Position numbers and translations under genes: made by a program | Notes under the pieces: generated by a model | Database searches by the model: none | What the model was told of the DNA's origin: nothing | Seen by the model: only the letters and a program-made list of their open reading frames with translations | Part shown: positions 1 to 12,500 of the stretch, one piece after another | Layout: every line of letters starts with the position of its first letter | Numbering within the stretch: position 1 is the stretch's first letter | Origin: Geopsychrobacteraceae bacterium | GTDB taxonomy: Bacteria; Desulfobacterota; Desulfuromonadia; Desulfuromonadales; Geopsychrobacteraceae | Length of the DNA: 64,000 bases | Assembly: GCA_963676795.2 (NCBI GenBank) | Contig: CAXXTB010000001.1 | Location: 1,312,001-1,376,000 of the forward strand | Reading direction: 5' to 3'

Positions 1-124
1 TGAGCAGTTCGAAATCAGAACTCATAAGCGCCTTCTTGATATTATGGAACCAACCCAGCAGACCGTAGACGCTTTGATGAAGCTGGATCTGTCCGCTGGT
101 GTTGATGTTGAAATTAAGCTCTAA
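1..124 (+). CDS. rpsJ: 30S ribosomal protein S10 (3' end only)
   Basis: Frame from nt 2 reads [40 protein letters not shown], the S10 C-terminus; precedes rplC. Confidence 0.97.
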   Translation, partial: EQFEIRTHKRLLDIMEPTQQTVDALMKLDLSAGVDVEIKL

Positions 125-159
125 GCTTCGGCTTACAGTAAGTTAATAAGGGCACGACA

Positions 160-783
160 ATGACTAACGGATTGTTGGGTAAAAAAATTGGTATGACACA
201 GGTTTATGCGGCTGATGGTCAGCGTATCCCTGTCACTGTCATCGAAGCGGGACCATGTGTTGTTCTGCAGAAGAAGACTCAGGCAACTGACGGCTATGAA
301 GCTGTTCAGGTCGGCTATCAGCCGAAGAGCGCTCAGCGTGTAAATAAGCCGGAAATGGGTCACTTCAAAAAAGCAGGTAGGGGCGCTTTTGCTGCTGTTC
401 GTGAATTCAAGGCGGCAGGTGAGTGTGCTGTAGGTGATGAAATCACTTGTGAGATGTTCAAGCCGGGCGATTTCATCGACGTTGCTGGCATCAGCAAGGG
501 GCGCGGTTTCCAGGGCGTTATCAAGCGCTGGGGCTTTGCTGGTGGTCGTGCAAGTCACGGCTCCATGTTCAAGCGTCGCACCGGTTCCATCGGTATGTCG
601 GCATGGCCTTCACACGTCATTAAGGGTAAGAAGATGCCTGGTCAACTCGGTAATGTTCGGGCGACTACGCAAAATCTTATCGTTGTTGATGTTCGTCCGC
701 AGCAGAATCTGATTCTTGTTCGTGGAGCTGTGCCTGGAGCAAAGAACGGCCTGGTCGAAATCCGTAAGGGTGTCAAGGCGTAA
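160..783 (+). CDS. rplC: 50S ribosomal protein L3
   Basis: GLLGKKIGMTQV, SKGRGFQGVIKRW, KGKKMPG motifs; S10 operon order. Confidence 0.98.
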   Translation: MTNGLLGKKIGMTQVYAADGQRIPVTVIEAGPCVVLQKKTQATDGYEAVQVGYQPKSAQRVNKPEMGHFKKAGRGAFAAVREFKAAGECAVGDEITCEMFKPGDFIDVAGISKGRGFQGVIKRWGFAGGRASHGSMFKRRTGSIGMSAWPSHVIKGKKMPGQLGNVRATTQNLIVVDVRPQQNLILVRGAVPGAKNGLVEIRKGVKA

Positions 784-807
784 CATAGGATACTGGGAGT
801 TTACAAA

Positions 808-1431
808 ATGGCTACAGTTACAGTTTTTGATCAGGATAAAAAAGAAGTCGGTATGCGTGAGCTTGCTGACTCCGTTTTTAATACTGAGGTAAAAGGTTAT
901 CTGCTGCATGACATGGTCCGTTATCAGCTGGCTGCCCGTCGTCAGGGTACTGCTGCTGTCAAGAATCGTGCTGCGGTAGCAGGTGGCGGCAAGAAACCAT
1001 ACAAGCAGAAGGGTACCGGTAACGCGCGTCAGGGCACGATTCGTGCGCCTCACTTCGTTGGTGGTGGCGTTGCTTTTGGTCCGCAGCCACGTTCTTACGC
1101 GTTCAAGTTGAACCGTAAAGTTAAGAAGGCAGCATTGTGCAGTGCCTTGTCGGCACGTTTTCAGGCAGAGAAGATTGTCGTACTCAATGATCTGAGCCTG
1201 GAAACGATCAGCACCAAGTCGTTTGGTCAGATGATCAAGAAGTTTGAGCTTGAGGGTGCTTTGGTTGTCATTGACAAGCCAAACCCGAATGTTGAGCTGT
1301 CTGCAAGAAATCTGCGTAACGTCAAGGTTCTGCGTGCCGAGGGTGTTAATGTCTACGATATTCTCAACTACCCGAATCTGGTTCTGACAGATGCTGCTGT
1401 GAGTGAAATTGAAGGAGCTATGGGCAAATGA
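808..1431 (+). CDS. rplD: 50S ribosomal protein L4
   Basis: [25 protein letters not shown] motifs. Confidence 0.98.
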   Translation: MATVTVFDQDKKEVGMRELADSVFNTEVKGYLLHDMVRYQLAARRQGTAAVKNRAAVAGGGKKPYKQKGTGNARQGTIRAPHFVGGGVAFGPQPRSYAFKLNRKVKKAALCSALSARFQAEKIVVLNDLSLETISTKSFGQMIKKFELEGALVVIDKPNPNVELSARNLRNVKVLRAEGVNVYDILNYPNLVLTDAAVSEIEGAMGK

Positions 1432-1715
1432 AACCTTTATATGAAATCATTCGCAAGCCGCTGATTACCGAAAAGGCCAATGAGCTGAAAGAATCGGCGC
1501 AAGTCGTCGCTTTTGAGGTCGCTCGCAGCGCAAATAAGATAGAAATTAAGCAGGCAGTAGAAAAAGCCTTTGACGTTAAGGTGAAATCTGTTAATACTAT
1601 GCAGTTTCGCGGTAAGGTCAAACGCGTCGGCTATAATCTCGGTCAGCGCAGCAATTGGAAGAAAGCATATGTGACCCTCGAAGATGGTCACAATATTGAT
1701 TTTTATGGCGTGTAA
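1428..1715 (+). CDS. rplW: 50S ribosomal protein L23
   Basis: [29 protein letters not shown] overlap with rplD. Confidence 0.98.
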   Translation: MKPLYEIIRKPLITEKANELKESAQVVAFEVARSANKIEIKQAVEKAFDVKVKSVNTMQFRGKVKRVGYNLGQRSNWKKAYVTLEDGHNIDFYGV

Positions 1716-1748
1716 GGCCATTGGCTTTGCAGGTATGGAGTAATCAAA

Positions 1749-2576
<828 letters not shown>

Positions 2577-2597
2577 TTCAACTGTTAGGAGACGATT

Positions 2598-2876
2598 GTG
2601 GCAAGATCAATTAAAAAAGGGTTCTATGTTCAGGAGTCCCTGTTGCGTCAGGTTGACCTTGAAGGTGAAGCCAACCGCAACAAGGTTGTTAAGACATGGT
2701 CTCGTCGTTCAACGATTATTCCTGAATTTGTCGGAATGACTTTCGCTGTCCATAACGGCAAGAAGTTTGTTCCGGTTTTTGTCAGCGAAAACATGGTTGG
2801 ACATAAACTTGGTGAGTTCGCACCGACCCGTACCTACTTCGGTCATGGTGCTGATAAAAAAAGTAAAGTCAGATAA
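2598..2876 (+). CDS. rpsS: 30S ribosomal protein S19
   Basis: [23 protein letters not shown] start. Confidence 0.98.
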   Translation: MARSIKKGFYVQESLLRQVDLEGEANRNKVVKTWSRRSTIIPEFVGMTFAVHNGKKFVPVFVSENMVGHKLGEFAPTRTYFGHGADKKSKVR

Positions 2877-2901
2877 TCCGTTCTGACAGGAGTTCCGAAA
2901 A

Positions 2902-3234
2902 ATGGAAGCACAAGCTAAATTAAGGAACGCACGACTCTCCCCACGTAAGGCGAGACTTGTTGCAGACATGGTTCGTGGCAAGATGATTCAGGATGCAATC
3001 AACATCCTGCAGTTTTCCCCACAGAAAACCGCTCCAGTATTGTCGAAATTGTTGAAATCTGCTGTTGCGAACGCTGAGCAGAAGGGCGTTTCTGATGTCG
3101 ATCAGCTGTTCGTCAAGACAGTCATGGTTGACCAGGGCCCTGTACTGCGTCGCTTTATGCCACGCGCTCAAGGACGTGCCAGCCGAATTCGTAAACCTAC
3201 CAGCCACATCACTGTGGTTTTGGACGTTAAGTAA
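2902..3234 (+). CDS. rplV: 50S ribosomal protein L22
   Basis: [23 protein letters not shown]. Confidence 0.98.
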   Translation: MEAQAKLRNARLSPRKARLVADMVRGKMIQDAINILQFSPQKTAPVLSKLLKSAVANAEQKGVSDVDQLFVKTVMVDQGPVLRRFMPRAQGRASRIRKPTSHITVVLDVK

Positions 3235-3251
3235 GTCGAGGAGGTGTCCCT

Positions 3252-3902
3252 TTGGGCCAGAAAGTACATCCGATTGGATTTCGTCTAGGTGTCAACCGGA
3301 CTTGGGAATCCCGCTGGTATGCAGATTCTGATTACGCAGAAAAACTGCATGCAGATTTGAAATTACGTGAGTTTCTGAAGAAACGTCTTTATCACGCAGG
3401 TATTTCCAAGATTGAGCTTGAGCGTGCTGCCAGCAAGGTGAAAATCAACATCTTCGCAGCCCGCCCAGGTATCATCATTGGAAAAAAGGGTTCTGAAGTC
3501 GAGGTTCTTAAGAAAGACCTGGCGAAAATCACCGCTGATGAGTGTTTCATCAACATTCAGGAGGTGCGTAAGCCCGAAGTCGACGCTCAGCTCGTCGCTG
3601 AGAATGTTTGCCTTCAGCTGGAGCGACGCGTTGCTTTTCGTCGCGCCATGAAGCGTAGCGTCAGCATGGCACTGAAGTTCGGTGCCAAGGGAATTAAAAT
3701 CAATTGCTCAGGTCGTCTCGGTGGTGCTGAGATGAGTCGTACCGAGTGGTATCGTGAAGGTCGTGTGCCTCTGCACACCCTGCGTGCCGACATCGATTAC
3801 GGTTTCGCTGAAGCAAAAACAACTTATGGAATTATCGGTGTCAAGGTTCTCATCTTCAAGGGTGAGGTTCTCGGCAAAGATAAGGAACAGCCAGTCGGCT
3901 GA
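3252..3902 (+). CDS. rpsC: 30S ribosomal protein S3
   Basis: [29 protein letters not shown] start after GGAGG. Confidence 0.98.
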   Translation: MGQKVHPIGFRLGVNRTWESRWYADSDYAEKLHADLKLREFLKKRLYHAGISKIELERAASKVKINIFAARPGIIIGKKGSEVEVLKKDLAKITADECFINIQEVRKPEVDAQLVAENVCLQLERRVAFRRAMKRSVSMALKFGAKGIKINCSGRLGGAEMSRTEWYREGRVPLHTLRADIDYGFAEAKTTYGIIGVKVLIFKGEVLGKDKEQPVG

Positions 3903-3918
3903 GCAGGAGTAGCTTGTT

Positions 3919-4341
3919 ATGTTAATGCCGAAAAAGGTCAAGCGTAGAAAACAGTTTACCGGCCGTATGAAAGGGTCGGCAACCCGCGGAACTGAAGTCA
4001 GTTTTGGGGATTTCGGTTTGCAGGCAACAGAGTGTGGCTGGCTGACCTCTCGTCAGATTGAGGCTGCCCGTCGTGCTATGACCCGTTACATCAAACGGGG
4101 CGGTAAAATCTGGATTCGGTCATTTCCACACAAGCCGCTGACCAGTAAGCCTGCAGAAACTCGTATGGGTAAAGGTAAGGGTTCTCCAGAGAAGTGGGTT
4201 GCAGTCGTCAGGCCAGGTTCCATGCTTTACGAAATGCAGGGTGTCTCTGAGGAAATCGCACGCGAGGCGTTCCGCCTTGGTGCACATAAATTGCCAATGA
4301 GAACCAAGTTCGTGAAAAGAGAGGTTGGCGATGAAGGTTAG
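3919..4341 (+). CDS. rplP: 50S ribosomal protein L16
   Basis: [22 protein letters not shown]. Confidence 0.98.
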   Translation: MLMPKKVKRRKQFTGRMKGSATRGTEVSFGDFGLQATECGWLTSRQIEAARRAMTRYIKRGGKIWIRSFPHKPLTSKPAETRMGKGKGSPEKWVAVVRPGSMLYEMQGVSEEIAREAFRLGAHKLPMRTKFVKREVGDEG

Positions 4342-4522
4342 TGAAATCAGAGAGCTCAGTGTTGAGGAGCTGCAGGCCAAGTCTGTAGAGCTTCAGCAGG
4401 AACTGTTTAATTTGCGTTTTCAACTGCATACCGGTCACCTGGAAAATACAGCAAGACTTTCGCAGGTACGTAAAGACGTTGCCCGTGTAAAGACTGTTTT
4501 GTCCAGTAAGCTGAATGCTTAA
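4331..4522 (+). CDS. rpmC: 50S ribosomal protein L29
   Basis: [21 protein letters not shown] at 4331 after GAGG. Confidence 0.96.
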   Translation: MKVSEIRELSVEELQAKSVELQQELFNLRFQLHTGHLENTARLSQVRKDVARVKTVLSSKLNA

Positions 4523-4535
4523 GGTGTGAGGAAAA

Positions 4536-4802
4536 ATGAGTCAGGAACGAGGCAAAAGAAGAACACGTATTGGAGTCGTTGTTAGCGACAAGATGGACAA
4601 AACCGTCGTTGTCCGCGTTGACGATCTGGTCAAGCACAGTGTTTACAAGAAATACATCAAGCGTAAGGTCACTTGTAAGGCTCATGACGAGGCGAATGAC
4701 TGCGGCATTGGTGATAAAGTTCTGATCGTTGAAACCAGACCCTTATCCAAGGATAAGCGCTGGCGGGTTCGCCAGATTCTGGAGAAGGCCGTTACCGCGT
4801 AG
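4536..4802 (+). CDS. rpsQ: 30S ribosomal protein S17
   Basis: [22 protein letters not shown]. Confidence 0.98.
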   Translation: MSQERGKRRTRIGVVVSDKMDKTVVVRVDDLVKHSVYKKYIKRKVTCKAHDEANDCGIGDKVLIVETRPLSKDKRWRVRQILEKAVTA

Positions 4803-4814
4803 GAGAAAATAGTC

Positions 4815-5183
4815 ATGATCCAGATGCAATCCATACTCAGCGTGGCTGATAACTCGGGCGCAAAGAAATTGTGCTGTATTAAGGTTCCAGGTGGTTCCAA
4901 ACGTAAATATGCTGGCATCGGTGATGTCATCATCTGCAGCGTCAAGGAAGCACTGCCGAACTCACGGGTTAAAAAGGGCGATGTCGTCCGTGCTGTTATT
5001 GTCAGGACAGCTAAGGAGATTTCTCGCCAGGATGGTTCTTTCATCCGCTTTGATAACAACTCTGCGGTTGTCATCAATGCTGGTAATGAGCCGATCGGTA
5101 CCCGTATCTTTGGTCCGGTAGCAAGAGAGCTGCGTGCGAAATCTTTTATGAAGATCGTATCGCTCGCACCGGAAGTACTATAA
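4815..5183 (+). CDS. rplN: 50S ribosomal protein L14
   Basis: [29 protein letters not shown]. Confidence 0.98.
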   Translation: MIQMQSILSVADNSGAKKLCCIKVPGGSKRKYAGIGDVIICSVKEALPNSRVKKGDVVRAVIVRTAKEISRQDGSFIRFDNNSAVVINAGNEPIGTRIFGPVARELRAKSFMKIVSLAPEVL

Positions 5184-5207
5184 ATTCGATAGTTGGAGAT
5201 CGTCGCG

Positions 5208-5537
5208 ATGTCTATAGCAAAAACTCATGTCAAAAAAGATGACATGGTAAAAATCGTCGCCGGTAAAGAACGTGGTAAAACCGGAAAGGTTTTACGTGTA
5301 TTCCCTGCCAAGGGTCGCGTTGTCGTTGAAGGCCTCAACCAGGTCAAGCGTCATACCCGTCCTTCGCAGCTGAATCCAGAGGGCGGTATTGTCGAGAAGG
5401 AAGCGGCTATCAGCATTTCCAATGTTATGCTGATCTGCGGTTCATGTAACGAGGCAACTCGTACAGGTGTTCGCTTGCTCGAAGACGGTACCAAGACACG
5501 TTTTTGTAAAAAGTGCAACGCTAGCGTTGATAAATAA
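5208..5537 (+). CDS. rplX: 50S ribosomal protein L24
   Basis: KOW-like [19 protein letters not shown]; two C-terminal CxxC; ATG 5208 after GGAG. Confidence 0.96.
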   Translation: MSIAKTHVKKDDMVKIVAGKERGKTGKVLRVFPAKGRVVVEGLNQVKRHTRPSQLNPEGGIVEKEAAISISNVMLICGSCNEATRTGVRLLEDGTKTRFCKKCNASVDK

Positions 5538-5549
5538 ACGGAGTAATCG

Positions 5550-6089
5550 ATGGCCAGGTTAAAAGAGGCATATCTTCAGGAGCAGGTGCCTGCTCTGATG
5601 AAGGAATTCCAGTACCGCAATGTAATGGAAGTTCCGCGCATTGAAAAAGTCGTTCTGAATATGGGCCTTGGTGAAGCAATTCAGAACCCTAAATTGCTGG
5701 AGTCCGCAGTAGAAGAGTTAGGTCGTATCAGTGGCCAGAAAGCAATGATCACCAAATCGAAAAAGGCGATCGCTGGTTTTAAGCTGCGCGAAGATATGCC
5801 GATTGGTGCCTGTGTCACTCTGCGTCAGAGCCGTGCATGGGAGTTTCTTGATCGTCTGATCAATGTTGCTCTGCCACGTGTTCGTGACTTCAAAGGTATA
5901 TCACCGAAGGCATTTGATGGCCGTGGTAACTACACTCTTGGTATTCGTGAGCAGTTGATCTTCCCGGAGATCGATCTGGACAAGATCGCCAAGGTATCTG
6001 GTCTGAATGTGACGATTGTAACTACGGCTAAAACTGACGAGGAAGGTCGGGCTCTGCTCGCTGGTCTCGGCATGCCGTTCAGAAAATAA
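5550..6089 (+). CDS. rplE: 50S ribosomal protein L5
   Basis: [19 protein letters not shown]. Confidence 0.98.
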   Translation: MARLKEAYLQEQVPALMKEFQYRNVMEVPRIEKVVLNMGLGEAIQNPKLLESAVEELGRISGQKAMITKSKKAIAGFKLREDMPIGACVTLRQSRAWEFLDRLINVALPRVRDFKGISPKAFDGRGNYTLGIREQLIFPEIDLDKIAKVSGLNVTIVTTAKTDEEGRALLAGLGMPFRK

Positions 6090-6107
6090 GCAAAGCGGAG
6101 GTTTGTT

Positions 6108-6293
6108 GTGGCAAAGAAATCAATGATTGCTAAGACCAAGCGGCCGAAAAAATTCGGTGTACGTGACTACAATCGCTGTCCGATTTGTGGCCGTCCGCGC
6201 GCTTACTATCGCAAGTTTGACATGTGCAGAATTTGTCTGCGGAAACTGGCATCCGAAGGGAAAATCCCTGGTGTTGTCAAGTCCAGCTGGTAA
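6108..6293 (+). CDS. rpsN: 30S ribosomal protein S14, short zinc-binding (type Z)
   Basis: 61 aa with CPIC and CRIC, ends GVVKSSW; GTG start. Confidence 0.97.
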   Translation: MAKKSMIAKTKRPKKFGVRDYNRCPICGRPRAYYRKFDMCRICLRKLASEGKIPGVVKSSW

Positions 6294-6314
6294 CAGCGTT
6301 AAGGAGTAATTTGA

Positions 6315-6713
6315 ATGTCTATGACTGATCCAATGGCGGATATGCTCACTCGCATCCGCAACGCCGGTATGGCGAAGCATGCGAAGCTCGATCTTCCGTC
6401 AAGCAACCTCAAAGTAGCTGTCGCTACCGTTCTCAAAGATCTTGGTTACCTGAAAAATCTCAAGGTTATCAGTGATAACAAACAAGGTGTTCTGCGTATT
6501 TATCTGAAATATGATGAAAACCAGACCCCTGTCATTCATGAGATCAAGCGTATTTCGACACCTGGTCGTCGTGTCTACGTCAGTAAAGACGAGATTCCAC
6601 GTATTAAAAACGGTCTCGGTGCGTCGATCCTTTCAACTTCGAAAGGTGTCCTTGATGATGCCGCAGCGCGTCAGGCTCAAGTCGGCGGCGAAGTTATTTG
6701 CACTGTCTGGTAG
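6315..6713 (+). CDS. rpsH: 30S ribosomal protein S8
   Basis: [25 protein letters not shown]. Confidence 0.98.
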   Translation: MSMTDPMADMLTRIRNAGMAKHAKLDLPSSNLKVAVATVLKDLGYLKNLKVISDNKQGVLRIYLKYDENQTPVIHEIKRISTPGRRVYVSKDEIPRIKNGLGASILSTSKGVLDDAAARQAQVGGEVICTVW

Positions 6714-6731
6714 TCGACAAGGAGTTCAGTC

Positions 6732-7268
6732 ATGTCACGTATCGGTAAATTGCCAATCGCAATTCCGGCTGGTGTCAAAATCAGCCTGAATGGAAATAAT
6801 ATTTCGGTCACCGGCCCTAAGGGCACCCTGGCTCAGGACTTTCATGAGCGCATCAGCGTTGCAGTTGAAGCTGAGCAGATTGTTGTGACCCGTCCTTCGG
6901 ATGAAAAACAGGATCGTGCTCTGCACGGCCTGGTTCGCGCTCTGATCAATAACATGGTTGTAGGTGTTACTGATGGTTTCAAGCGTGACCTGGAGATCAA
7001 CGGTGTCGGTTACCGTGCTGAAATCAGCGGCAAGATTTTGACCTTGTCCCTCGGTTTCTCTCACCCCGTCGTTTATGAACTTCCGGAGGGTATCTCCGTT
7101 GAGGTTGAGAAACAGACCAAGCTGTCGGTCTCGGGTATTGATAAACAATTAGTCGGATCTGCTGCAGCCAAGATTCGTTCCTTCCGCGAGCCAGAGCCTT
7201 ACAAGGGCAAGGGTATCAAGTATGCGGATGAGCGGATTGTCCGTAAGGCGGGTAAGGCTGGTAAGTAA
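6732..7268 (+). CDS. rplF: 50S ribosomal protein L6
   Basis: [15 protein letters not shown]. Confidence 0.98.
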   Translation: MSRIGKLPIAIPAGVKISLNGNNISVTGPKGTLAQDFHERISVAVEAEQIVVTRPSDEKQDRALHGLVRALINNMVVGVTDGFKRDLEINGVGYRAEISGKILTLSLGFSHPVVYELPEGISVEVEKQTKLSVSGIDKQLVGSAAAKIRSFREPEPYKGKGIKYADERIVRKAGKAGK

Positions 7269-7295
7269 GCGAATTGATTATTAAGGAGCATTGCT

Positions 7296-7658
7296 GTGAA
7301 CGTTTCTGAAAAAAGACGTGATGCCAGACTCAAGCGTCAGGCACGGGTTAGAAAAAAAATTCGCGGTACCAGTGAACGCCCTCGGCTGTCAGTCTTCCGT
7401 AGTGCAAAGCACATTTATGCACAGATTATTGAAGATACAACAGGGAAAACATTGGCATCTGCGTCAACTATGAGCAAGGATGTCGAGGCTGCCTTTGGCG
7501 GCAACGTTGATGCTGCTAAAGCCGTTGGTCAGGCTATCGCCAAGAAGGCTCTTGAGCAGAACATCACCAACGTTGTATTTGACCGTAACGGTTTTCTGTA
7601 TCAGGGACGCGTTCAGGCGCTTGCTGATGCAGCCCGTGAAGCCGGCTTGAAGCTGTAA
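7296..7658 (+). CDS. rplR: 50S ribosomal protein L18
   Basis: [24 protein letters not shown] start. Confidence 0.98.
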   Translation: MNVSEKRRDARLKRQARVRKKIRGTSERPRLSVFRSAKHIYAQIIEDTTGKTLASASTMSKDVEAAFGGNVDAAKAVGQAIAKKALEQNITNVVFDRNGFLYQGRVQALADAAREAGLKL

Positions 7659-7668
7659 GGAGAGAGAA

Positions 7669-8160
7669 GTGCTGCGTATTGATCCCAATGAGCTCGAATT
7701 GACAGACAGGGTTATCCACATCAACCGTAATGCCAAGGTTGTTAAGGGTGGTCGTCGTTTCAGTTTCTCCGCTCTGGTCGTTGTCGGTGATGGAAACGGT
7801 CATGTTGGTTATGGCCTTGGTAAAGCCAAAGAGGTTCCTGAGGCAATCCGTAAGGGTGTTGAGCAGGCGAAGAAGAACCTGATCAGGGTTCCGATTCAGG
7901 AAGGTCGGACCATTCCTTACGACGTCATTGGCAAGTTCGGAGCCGGTAAGGTTCTGCTCAAGCCTGCGTCTGAAGGTACCGGCGTTATCGCCGGCGGTGC
8001 TGTCCGTCCAATCCTTGAATCTGTCGGTGTTGGTAATATCCTGACCAAGTGTCTCGGATCGAATAACCCACACAACGTCGTCAAGGCAACTATCAACGCA
8101 CTTAAAATGCTTAAGAGCCCTGAAGAAATCAACGCACGTCGTGGCGTTGGCCAGGACTAA
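7669..8160 (+). CDS. rpsE: 30S ribosomal protein S5
   Basis: [22 protein letters not shown] start. Confidence 0.98.
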   Translation: MLRIDPNELELTDRVIHINRNAKVVKGGRRFSFSALVVVGDGNGHVGYGLGKAKEVPEAIRKGVEQAKKNLIRVPIQEGRTIPYDVIGKFGAGKVLLKPASEGTGVIAGGAVRPILESVGVGNILTKCLGSNNPHNVVKATINALKMLKSPEEINARRGVGQD

Positions 8161-8183
8161 GAAGAGCACAGGAGAACAGACTA

Positions 8184-8363
8184 ATGGCGACAGAAGTTAA
8201 GGTCACCTTGAAAAAGAGTCCAATCGGTCGCAAGGCATACTTTGGTAAGGTCCTCAAGGGCCTCGGCCTGAAGCGTTTGCATCAGACTGTAACTTTGCAG
8301 GATACCCCGGAGATCCGTGGCATGATCCGCAAAGTTGAACACATGGTTGCTGTCGAAGACTGA
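8184..8363 (+). CDS. rpmD: 50S ribosomal protein L30 (below ORF-track cutoff)
   Basis: Hand translation MATEVKVTLKKSPIGRK...LGLKRLHQTV...DTPEIRGMIRKVEHMV, 59 aa; AGGAG SD; between rpsE and rplO. Confidence 0.96.
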   Translation: MATEVKVTLKKSPIGRKAYFGKVLKGLGLKRLHQTVTLQDTPEIRGMIRKVEHMVAVED

Positions 8364-8384
8364 TCTAATCTAGAGGGTATTGAG

Positions 8385-8825
8385 ATGGATTTAAGTAATT
8401 TGAAACCGGCTGCCGGTTCAACAAAAAATAGAAAACGTATCGGTCGTGGACAGGGTTCCGGTACTGGTACTCAGGCTGGTAAGGGTCACAAGGGTCAGAA
8501 GGCTCGCAGTGGCGGTAGTATTAAGCCTGGTTTTGAAGGTGGCCAGATGCCACTTCAGCGTCGTTTGCCGAAGCGTGGCTTCACCCCGTTGAACAAGGTT
8601 GTCTACAGCTTGGTCAATGTTGGTGATCTGGACGCCTTTGACGCAGGTACTGTTGTCAATCTGGAAGTTTTCGGCAAGGCCGGACTGGTTTCCGATCTGA
8701 AGAATGGTATCAAGGTCCTCGCTGATGGTGAACTGACCAAGTCTCTGACTGTCCAGGCGCAAAAGTTCAGCAAGTCTGCTGTTGCTAAAATTGAAGCAGC
8801 TGGCGGTAAGGCAGAGGTTATCTAA
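8385..8825 (+). CDS. rplO: 50S ribosomal protein L15
   Basis: [29 protein letters not shown]. Confidence 0.98.
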   Translation: MDLSNLKPAAGSTKNRKRIGRGQGSGTGTQAGKGHKGQKARSGGSIKPGFEGGQMPLQRRLPKRGFTPLNKVVYSLVNVGDLDAFDAGTVVNLEVFGKAGLVSDLKNGIKVLADGELTKSLTVQAQKFSKSAVAKIEAAGGKAEVI

Positions 8826-8828
8826 CCT

Positions 8829-10136
8829 ATGTCGACACTGCAGAATATCCTGGCGATTCCGGAGCTGAGAAAGAGAATTCTTTTTACCCTGGTTATGCTG
8901 GCAGTCTACCGTGTCGGATGTCACGTGCCGACCCCCGGGATTGATGCACACGTTTTGGCCAAGTTTTTCGAGGGTACCGAAGGTACCCTTCTCGGCTTGG
9001 TGAGTGCATTCACCGGTGGGGCCATGCAGCAGATGGCGGTATTTGCCCTTGGCATTATGCCATACATCAGTGCTTCTATTATTCTGCAATTGTTAACTGT
9101 TGTCTTTGAGCCTATCGAAAAACTTTCGAAAGAGGGTGAGCATGGGCGTAAGAAGATTACCGAGTACACCCGTTATGGAACAATAATCCTGGCGATCATT
9201 CAGGGTGTCGGGATTGCCTCTGGTCTGCAGACCATGACCGGGCCAGCAGGTGAGCCGGTTGTTCCAGATCCGGGTCTCGGTTTTATTCTGATGACGGTTA
9301 TCACGCTGACTGCCGGTACTGCATTTATCATGTGGCTTGGTGAGCAGATTACCGAGCGCGGTATTGGTAACGGGATCTCGCTGATCATCTTCGCGGGTAT
9401 CGTTGCGGGTATGCCGTCAGCATTGCTGAACTCGATTCGTCTGGTTCAGACGGGAGCGATGACGGTAACCGTTGTTGCCTTTATCGTAGCCCTGATGCTG
9501 ATAGTTATTGCTGCGATCGTATTTATCGAGCGAGCTCAGCGGCGGGTGCCGATCCATTATGCAAAACGTGTTGTTGGTATGCGTAATATGGGTGGGCAGG
9601 CGAGTCATCTGCCGCTGAAGATCAATATGAGTGGTGTAATTCCACCGATCTTTGCCAGCTCGATTATGATGTTTCCTGCAACTATAGCGAACTTTGTCGA
9701 TGCCCCCTGGGTCAAGGTAGCTGCTGGTTACCTCTCTCCTGGGCATTGGGTCTATAACGTTTTTTATGTTGCTTTTATATTCTTCTTTTGTTACTTCTAC
9801 ACGGCTATAACTTTCAACCCTGTGAATGTAGCGGAGAATGTAAAAAATCAGGGTGGTTTTGTCCCTGGTATCCGCCCGGGTAAGGAAACTGCGACCTATC
9901 TGGATACAGTCCTCGGTCGTCTGACTTTTGCCGGTGCGATTTACATCTCAGTCGTCTGTATTCTGCCGACATTGTTGATTGGCCAGCTGAATGTACCGTT
10001 CTTCTTTGGTGGTACGTCTCTGCTGATTGTTGTTGGGGTTGGAATGGATACTGCTGCTCAGATTGAAGCCCATCTTGTCTCTCGCTCATATGAGGGCTTC
10101 ATGAAAGGCGTGACCCTGAAAGGGCGTCGCGGATAA
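8829..10136 (+). CDS. secY: Preprotein translocase subunit SecY
   Basis: FALGIMPYISASI, GIGNGISL, PGIRPG, GGTSLLI. Confidence 0.98.
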   Translation: MSTLQNILAIPELRKRILFTLVMLAVYRVGCHVPTPGIDAHVLAKFFEGTEGTLLGLVSAFTGGAMQQMAVFALGIMPYISASIILQLLTVVFEPIEKLSKEGEHGRKKITEYTRYGTIILAIIQGVGIASGLQTMTGPAGEPVVPDPGLGFILMTVITLTAGTAFIMWLGEQITERGIGNGISLIIFAGIVAGMPSALLNSIRLVQTGAMTVTVVAFIVALMLIVIAAIVFIERAQRRVPIHYAKRVVGMRNMGGQASHLPLKINMSGVIPPIFASSIMMFPATIANFVDAPWVKVAAGYLSPGHWVYNVFYVAFIFFFCYFYTAITFNPVNVAENVKNQGGFVPGIRPGKETATYLDTVLGRLTFAGAIYISVVCILPTLLIGQLNVPFFFGGTSLLIVVGVGMDTAAQIEAHLVSRSYEGFMKGVTLKGRRG

Positions 10137-10141
10137 GTGAT

Positions 10142-10786
10142 ATGAAAATTATTCTTTTGGGTGCTCCTGGCGCTGGTAAGGGCACCCAATCTGCTATTCT
10201 GGTTGAAAAGTTCTCTATCCCGCAGATCTCAACTGGGGATATTTTACGTGCAGCGGTTAGAGACAAATCCCCTATGGGGATCAAGGCGAAAGAGTTTATG
10301 GATGCCGGAGCTCTGGTCCCTGATGAGGTTGTTGTCGGGATCGTTGAAGAGCGTCTGCAGCAGTCTGACTGTGATGGCGGCTTCATTCTGGATGGTTTTC
10401 CTAGGACTCTGCCGCAGGCGGACGCGTTGAAGAAGGTTCTCGCTCAGTTGGGCAAGGAGCTCGATGCTGTTGTGTCCCTGACAGTTGATACTGGTGCGTT
10501 GGTTGAGAGGCTTTCTGGTCGCCGTGCCTGTGCGAAGTGTGGCAAGGGTTATCATGTTGTCTATGACGCCCCAGCCAGTGAAGGGATTTGCGACGCATGT
10601 GGTGGTGCTCTCACGCAACGCGATGACGATAAGGAAGAAACGATTCTGAAGCGTCTGGATGTTTATCGTGAGCAGACTGCACCGCTGGAAGATTACTACC
10701 GTAAGGACGGTATCCTTACAGTTGTAAACGGAATGGCACCTATTGAGGATGTCCAGTCCCAGATTCTACAAGCACTGAAGGCTTAG
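10142..10786 (+). CDS. adk: Adenylate kinase (zinc-lid type)
   Basis: GAPGAGKGT P-loop, LDGFPR, lid CAKC...CDAC. Confidence 0.98.
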   Translation: MKIILLGAPGAGKGTQSAILVEKFSIPQISTGDILRAAVRDKSPMGIKAKEFMDAGALVPDEVVVGIVEERLQQSDCDGGFILDGFPRTLPQADALKKVLAQLGKELDAVVSLTVDTGALVERLSGRRACAKCGKGYHVVYDAPASEGICDACGGALTQRDDDKEETILKRLDVYREQTAPLEDYYRKDGILTVVNGMAPIEDVQSQILQALKA

Positions 10787-10788
10787 TT

Positions 10789-11535
10789 TTGATCGTCATA
10801 AAGTCACAGTCCGAGTTGCGCAAGATGCGCGTTGCTGGCCGCATGGTTGCTGAGGTTCTTCAGCTCCTGCAGTCTAAAGTGACGCCTGGGATTACGACTC
10901 TAGAGCTTGACGCGATCGCGGAAAATCAGTGCAAAAAGATGAAGGTTAAGCCTGCCTTTAAAGGTTATGGCGGCTTTCCTTTTACAATATGTGCATCGCC
11001 CAATGACCGGATTGTTCATGGTTTCCCAAATGACCAACCGTTGGCAGAGGGTGATATCGTCAGTATCGATTTCGGTCTGATTGCAGAAGGGTTTTATGGT
11101 GATTCTGCTGTAACTATCCCGGTTGGTCAGATTGATGCACAGACACAAAAGCTTTTAGATGTCACCAGGGATTCGTTGTATCGTGGTATAGATGCAGCGC
11201 TGGCAGGTGGCTATTTGTCTGATATCTCGCATGCCGTGCAGTCTCGTGTCGAAGCAGAAGGCTTTAGCGTTGTGCGTGAGTTTGTCGGACATGGTATCGG
11301 ACGGCAGATGCACGAAGATCCCCAGGTTCCGAATTACGGTACGCCTGGGCGCGGTCCGAAGTTAAAACCCGGCATGACCTTGGCGATTGAGCCAATGGTC
11401 AATGTTGGCTTGTCCGGTGTCCGGGTATTGGAAGATGGTTGGACAGCTGTTACCGTTGATGGTCAACGGTCGGCTCATTTTGAGCATACGGTAGCTGTTA
11501 CGGAAAACGGTCCGGAAATCCTGACCTGTTTATAG
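10789..11535 (+). CDS. map: Methionine aminopeptidase type I
   Basis: VGHGIG, HEDP, AIEPM, SAHFEHT; TTG start. Confidence 0.97.
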   Translation: MIVIKSQSELRKMRVAGRMVAEVLQLLQSKVTPGITTLELDAIAENQCKKMKVKPAFKGYGGFPFTICASPNDRIVHGFPNDQPLAEGDIVSIDFGLIAEGFYGDSAVTIPVGQIDAQTQKLLDVTRDSLYRGIDAALAGGYLSDISHAVQSRVEAEGFSVVREFVGHGIGRQMHEDPQVPNYGTPGRGPKLKPGMTLAIEPMVNVGLSGVRVLEDGWTAVTVDGQRSAHFEHTVAVTENGPEILTCL

Positions 11536-11575
11536 AGTTGGCAGTCATTAAGCATCATTGGAAAAGGATCTCAGT

Positions 11576-11689
11576 ATGAAGGTTAGAGCTTCGGTTAAGA
11601 AGATCTGCGATAAGTGCAAGGTTATCAAGCGTAAAGGTGTTATCCGGATCATCTGCGAGAATCCCAAACACAAGCAAAGACAGGGATAA
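11576..11689 (+). CDS. rpmJ: 50S ribosomal protein L36, zinc-ribbon type (below ORF-track cutoff)
   Basis: Hand translation [37 protein letters not shown]. Confidence 0.98.
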   Translation: MKVRASVKKICDKCKVIKRKGVIRIICENPKHKQRQG

Positions 11690-11706
11690 GGCCCTAGGAG
11701 GAAACA

Positions 11707-12075
11707 TTGGCACGTATTGCTGGAGTCGATTTGCCGCGCAATAAGCGCATTGAAGTAGCCATGACCTATGTCTATGGGATTGGTCGTACTACATCTCAAC
11801 AAATTCTTACAGAGGCTGGTGTTGATTTCAACACCCGTACTGACGATCTGACAGAGTCGGATCTTGCGACAATTCGTGAGTTGGTCGACAAGAACTGTCG
11901 TGTTGAGGGTGACCTCCGTCGTGAGATCTCGATGAACATCAAGCGTCTGATGGACCTTGGTTGCTACCGTGGTCTGCGCCACAGAAAAGGTTTGCCTTGT
12001 CGCGGTCAGAATACCAAGAATAACTCTCGGACTCGCAAGGGACCGAAGAAGACCGTAGCCGGTAAGAAGAAATAA
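11707..12075 (+). CDS. rpsM: 30S ribosomal protein S13
   Basis: [24 protein letters not shown] start after GGAGG. Confidence 0.98.
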   Translation: MARIAGVDLPRNKRIEVAMTYVYGIGRTTSQQILTEAGVDFNTRTDDLTESDLATIRELVDKNCRVEGDLRREISMNIKRLMDLGCYRGLRHRKGLPCRGQNTKNNSRTRKGPKKTVAGKKK

Positions 12076-12086
12076 GCGGAGTTATC

Positions 12087-12482
12087 ATGGCAAAGTCAGG
12101 TAAGAGAGTCGTACGTAAAAAAGTCGAGAAGAAAAACATTGCTAAAGGTGTGGTTCATATCCAGTCCACCTTTAACAACACCATCGTCACGATTTGTGAC
12201 CCAGTTGGCAATGTTGTTTCTTGGTCATCAGCCGGCGCAAAAGGTTTTAAAGGTTCTCGTAAGAGTACTCCATTTGCCGCACAGATTGCTGCTGAAGAAG
12301 CAGCAACCAAGGCAATGGAGCACGGTATGAGATCTGTAGAGGCATATGTTAAGGGCCCAGGCAGCGGTCGTGAATCTGCTTTGCGTGCACTGTCACTGGC
12401 TGGCATGACTGTGACAATGATCAAGGACGTTACCCCGGTTCCACATAACGGTTGCCGTCCGCCGAAGCGCCGTCGCGTTTAA
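12087..12482 (+). CDS. rpsK: 30S ribosomal protein S11
   Basis: [27 protein letters not shown]. Confidence 0.98.
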   Translation: MAKSGKRVVRKKVEKKNIAKGVVHIQSTFNNTIVTICDPVGNVVSWSSAGAKGFKGSRKSTPFAAQIAAEEAATKAMEHGMRSVEAYVKGPGSGRESALRALSLAGMTVTMIKDVTPVPHNGCRPPKRRRV

Positions 12483-12500
12483 GCATCGAGGAGGATTAAG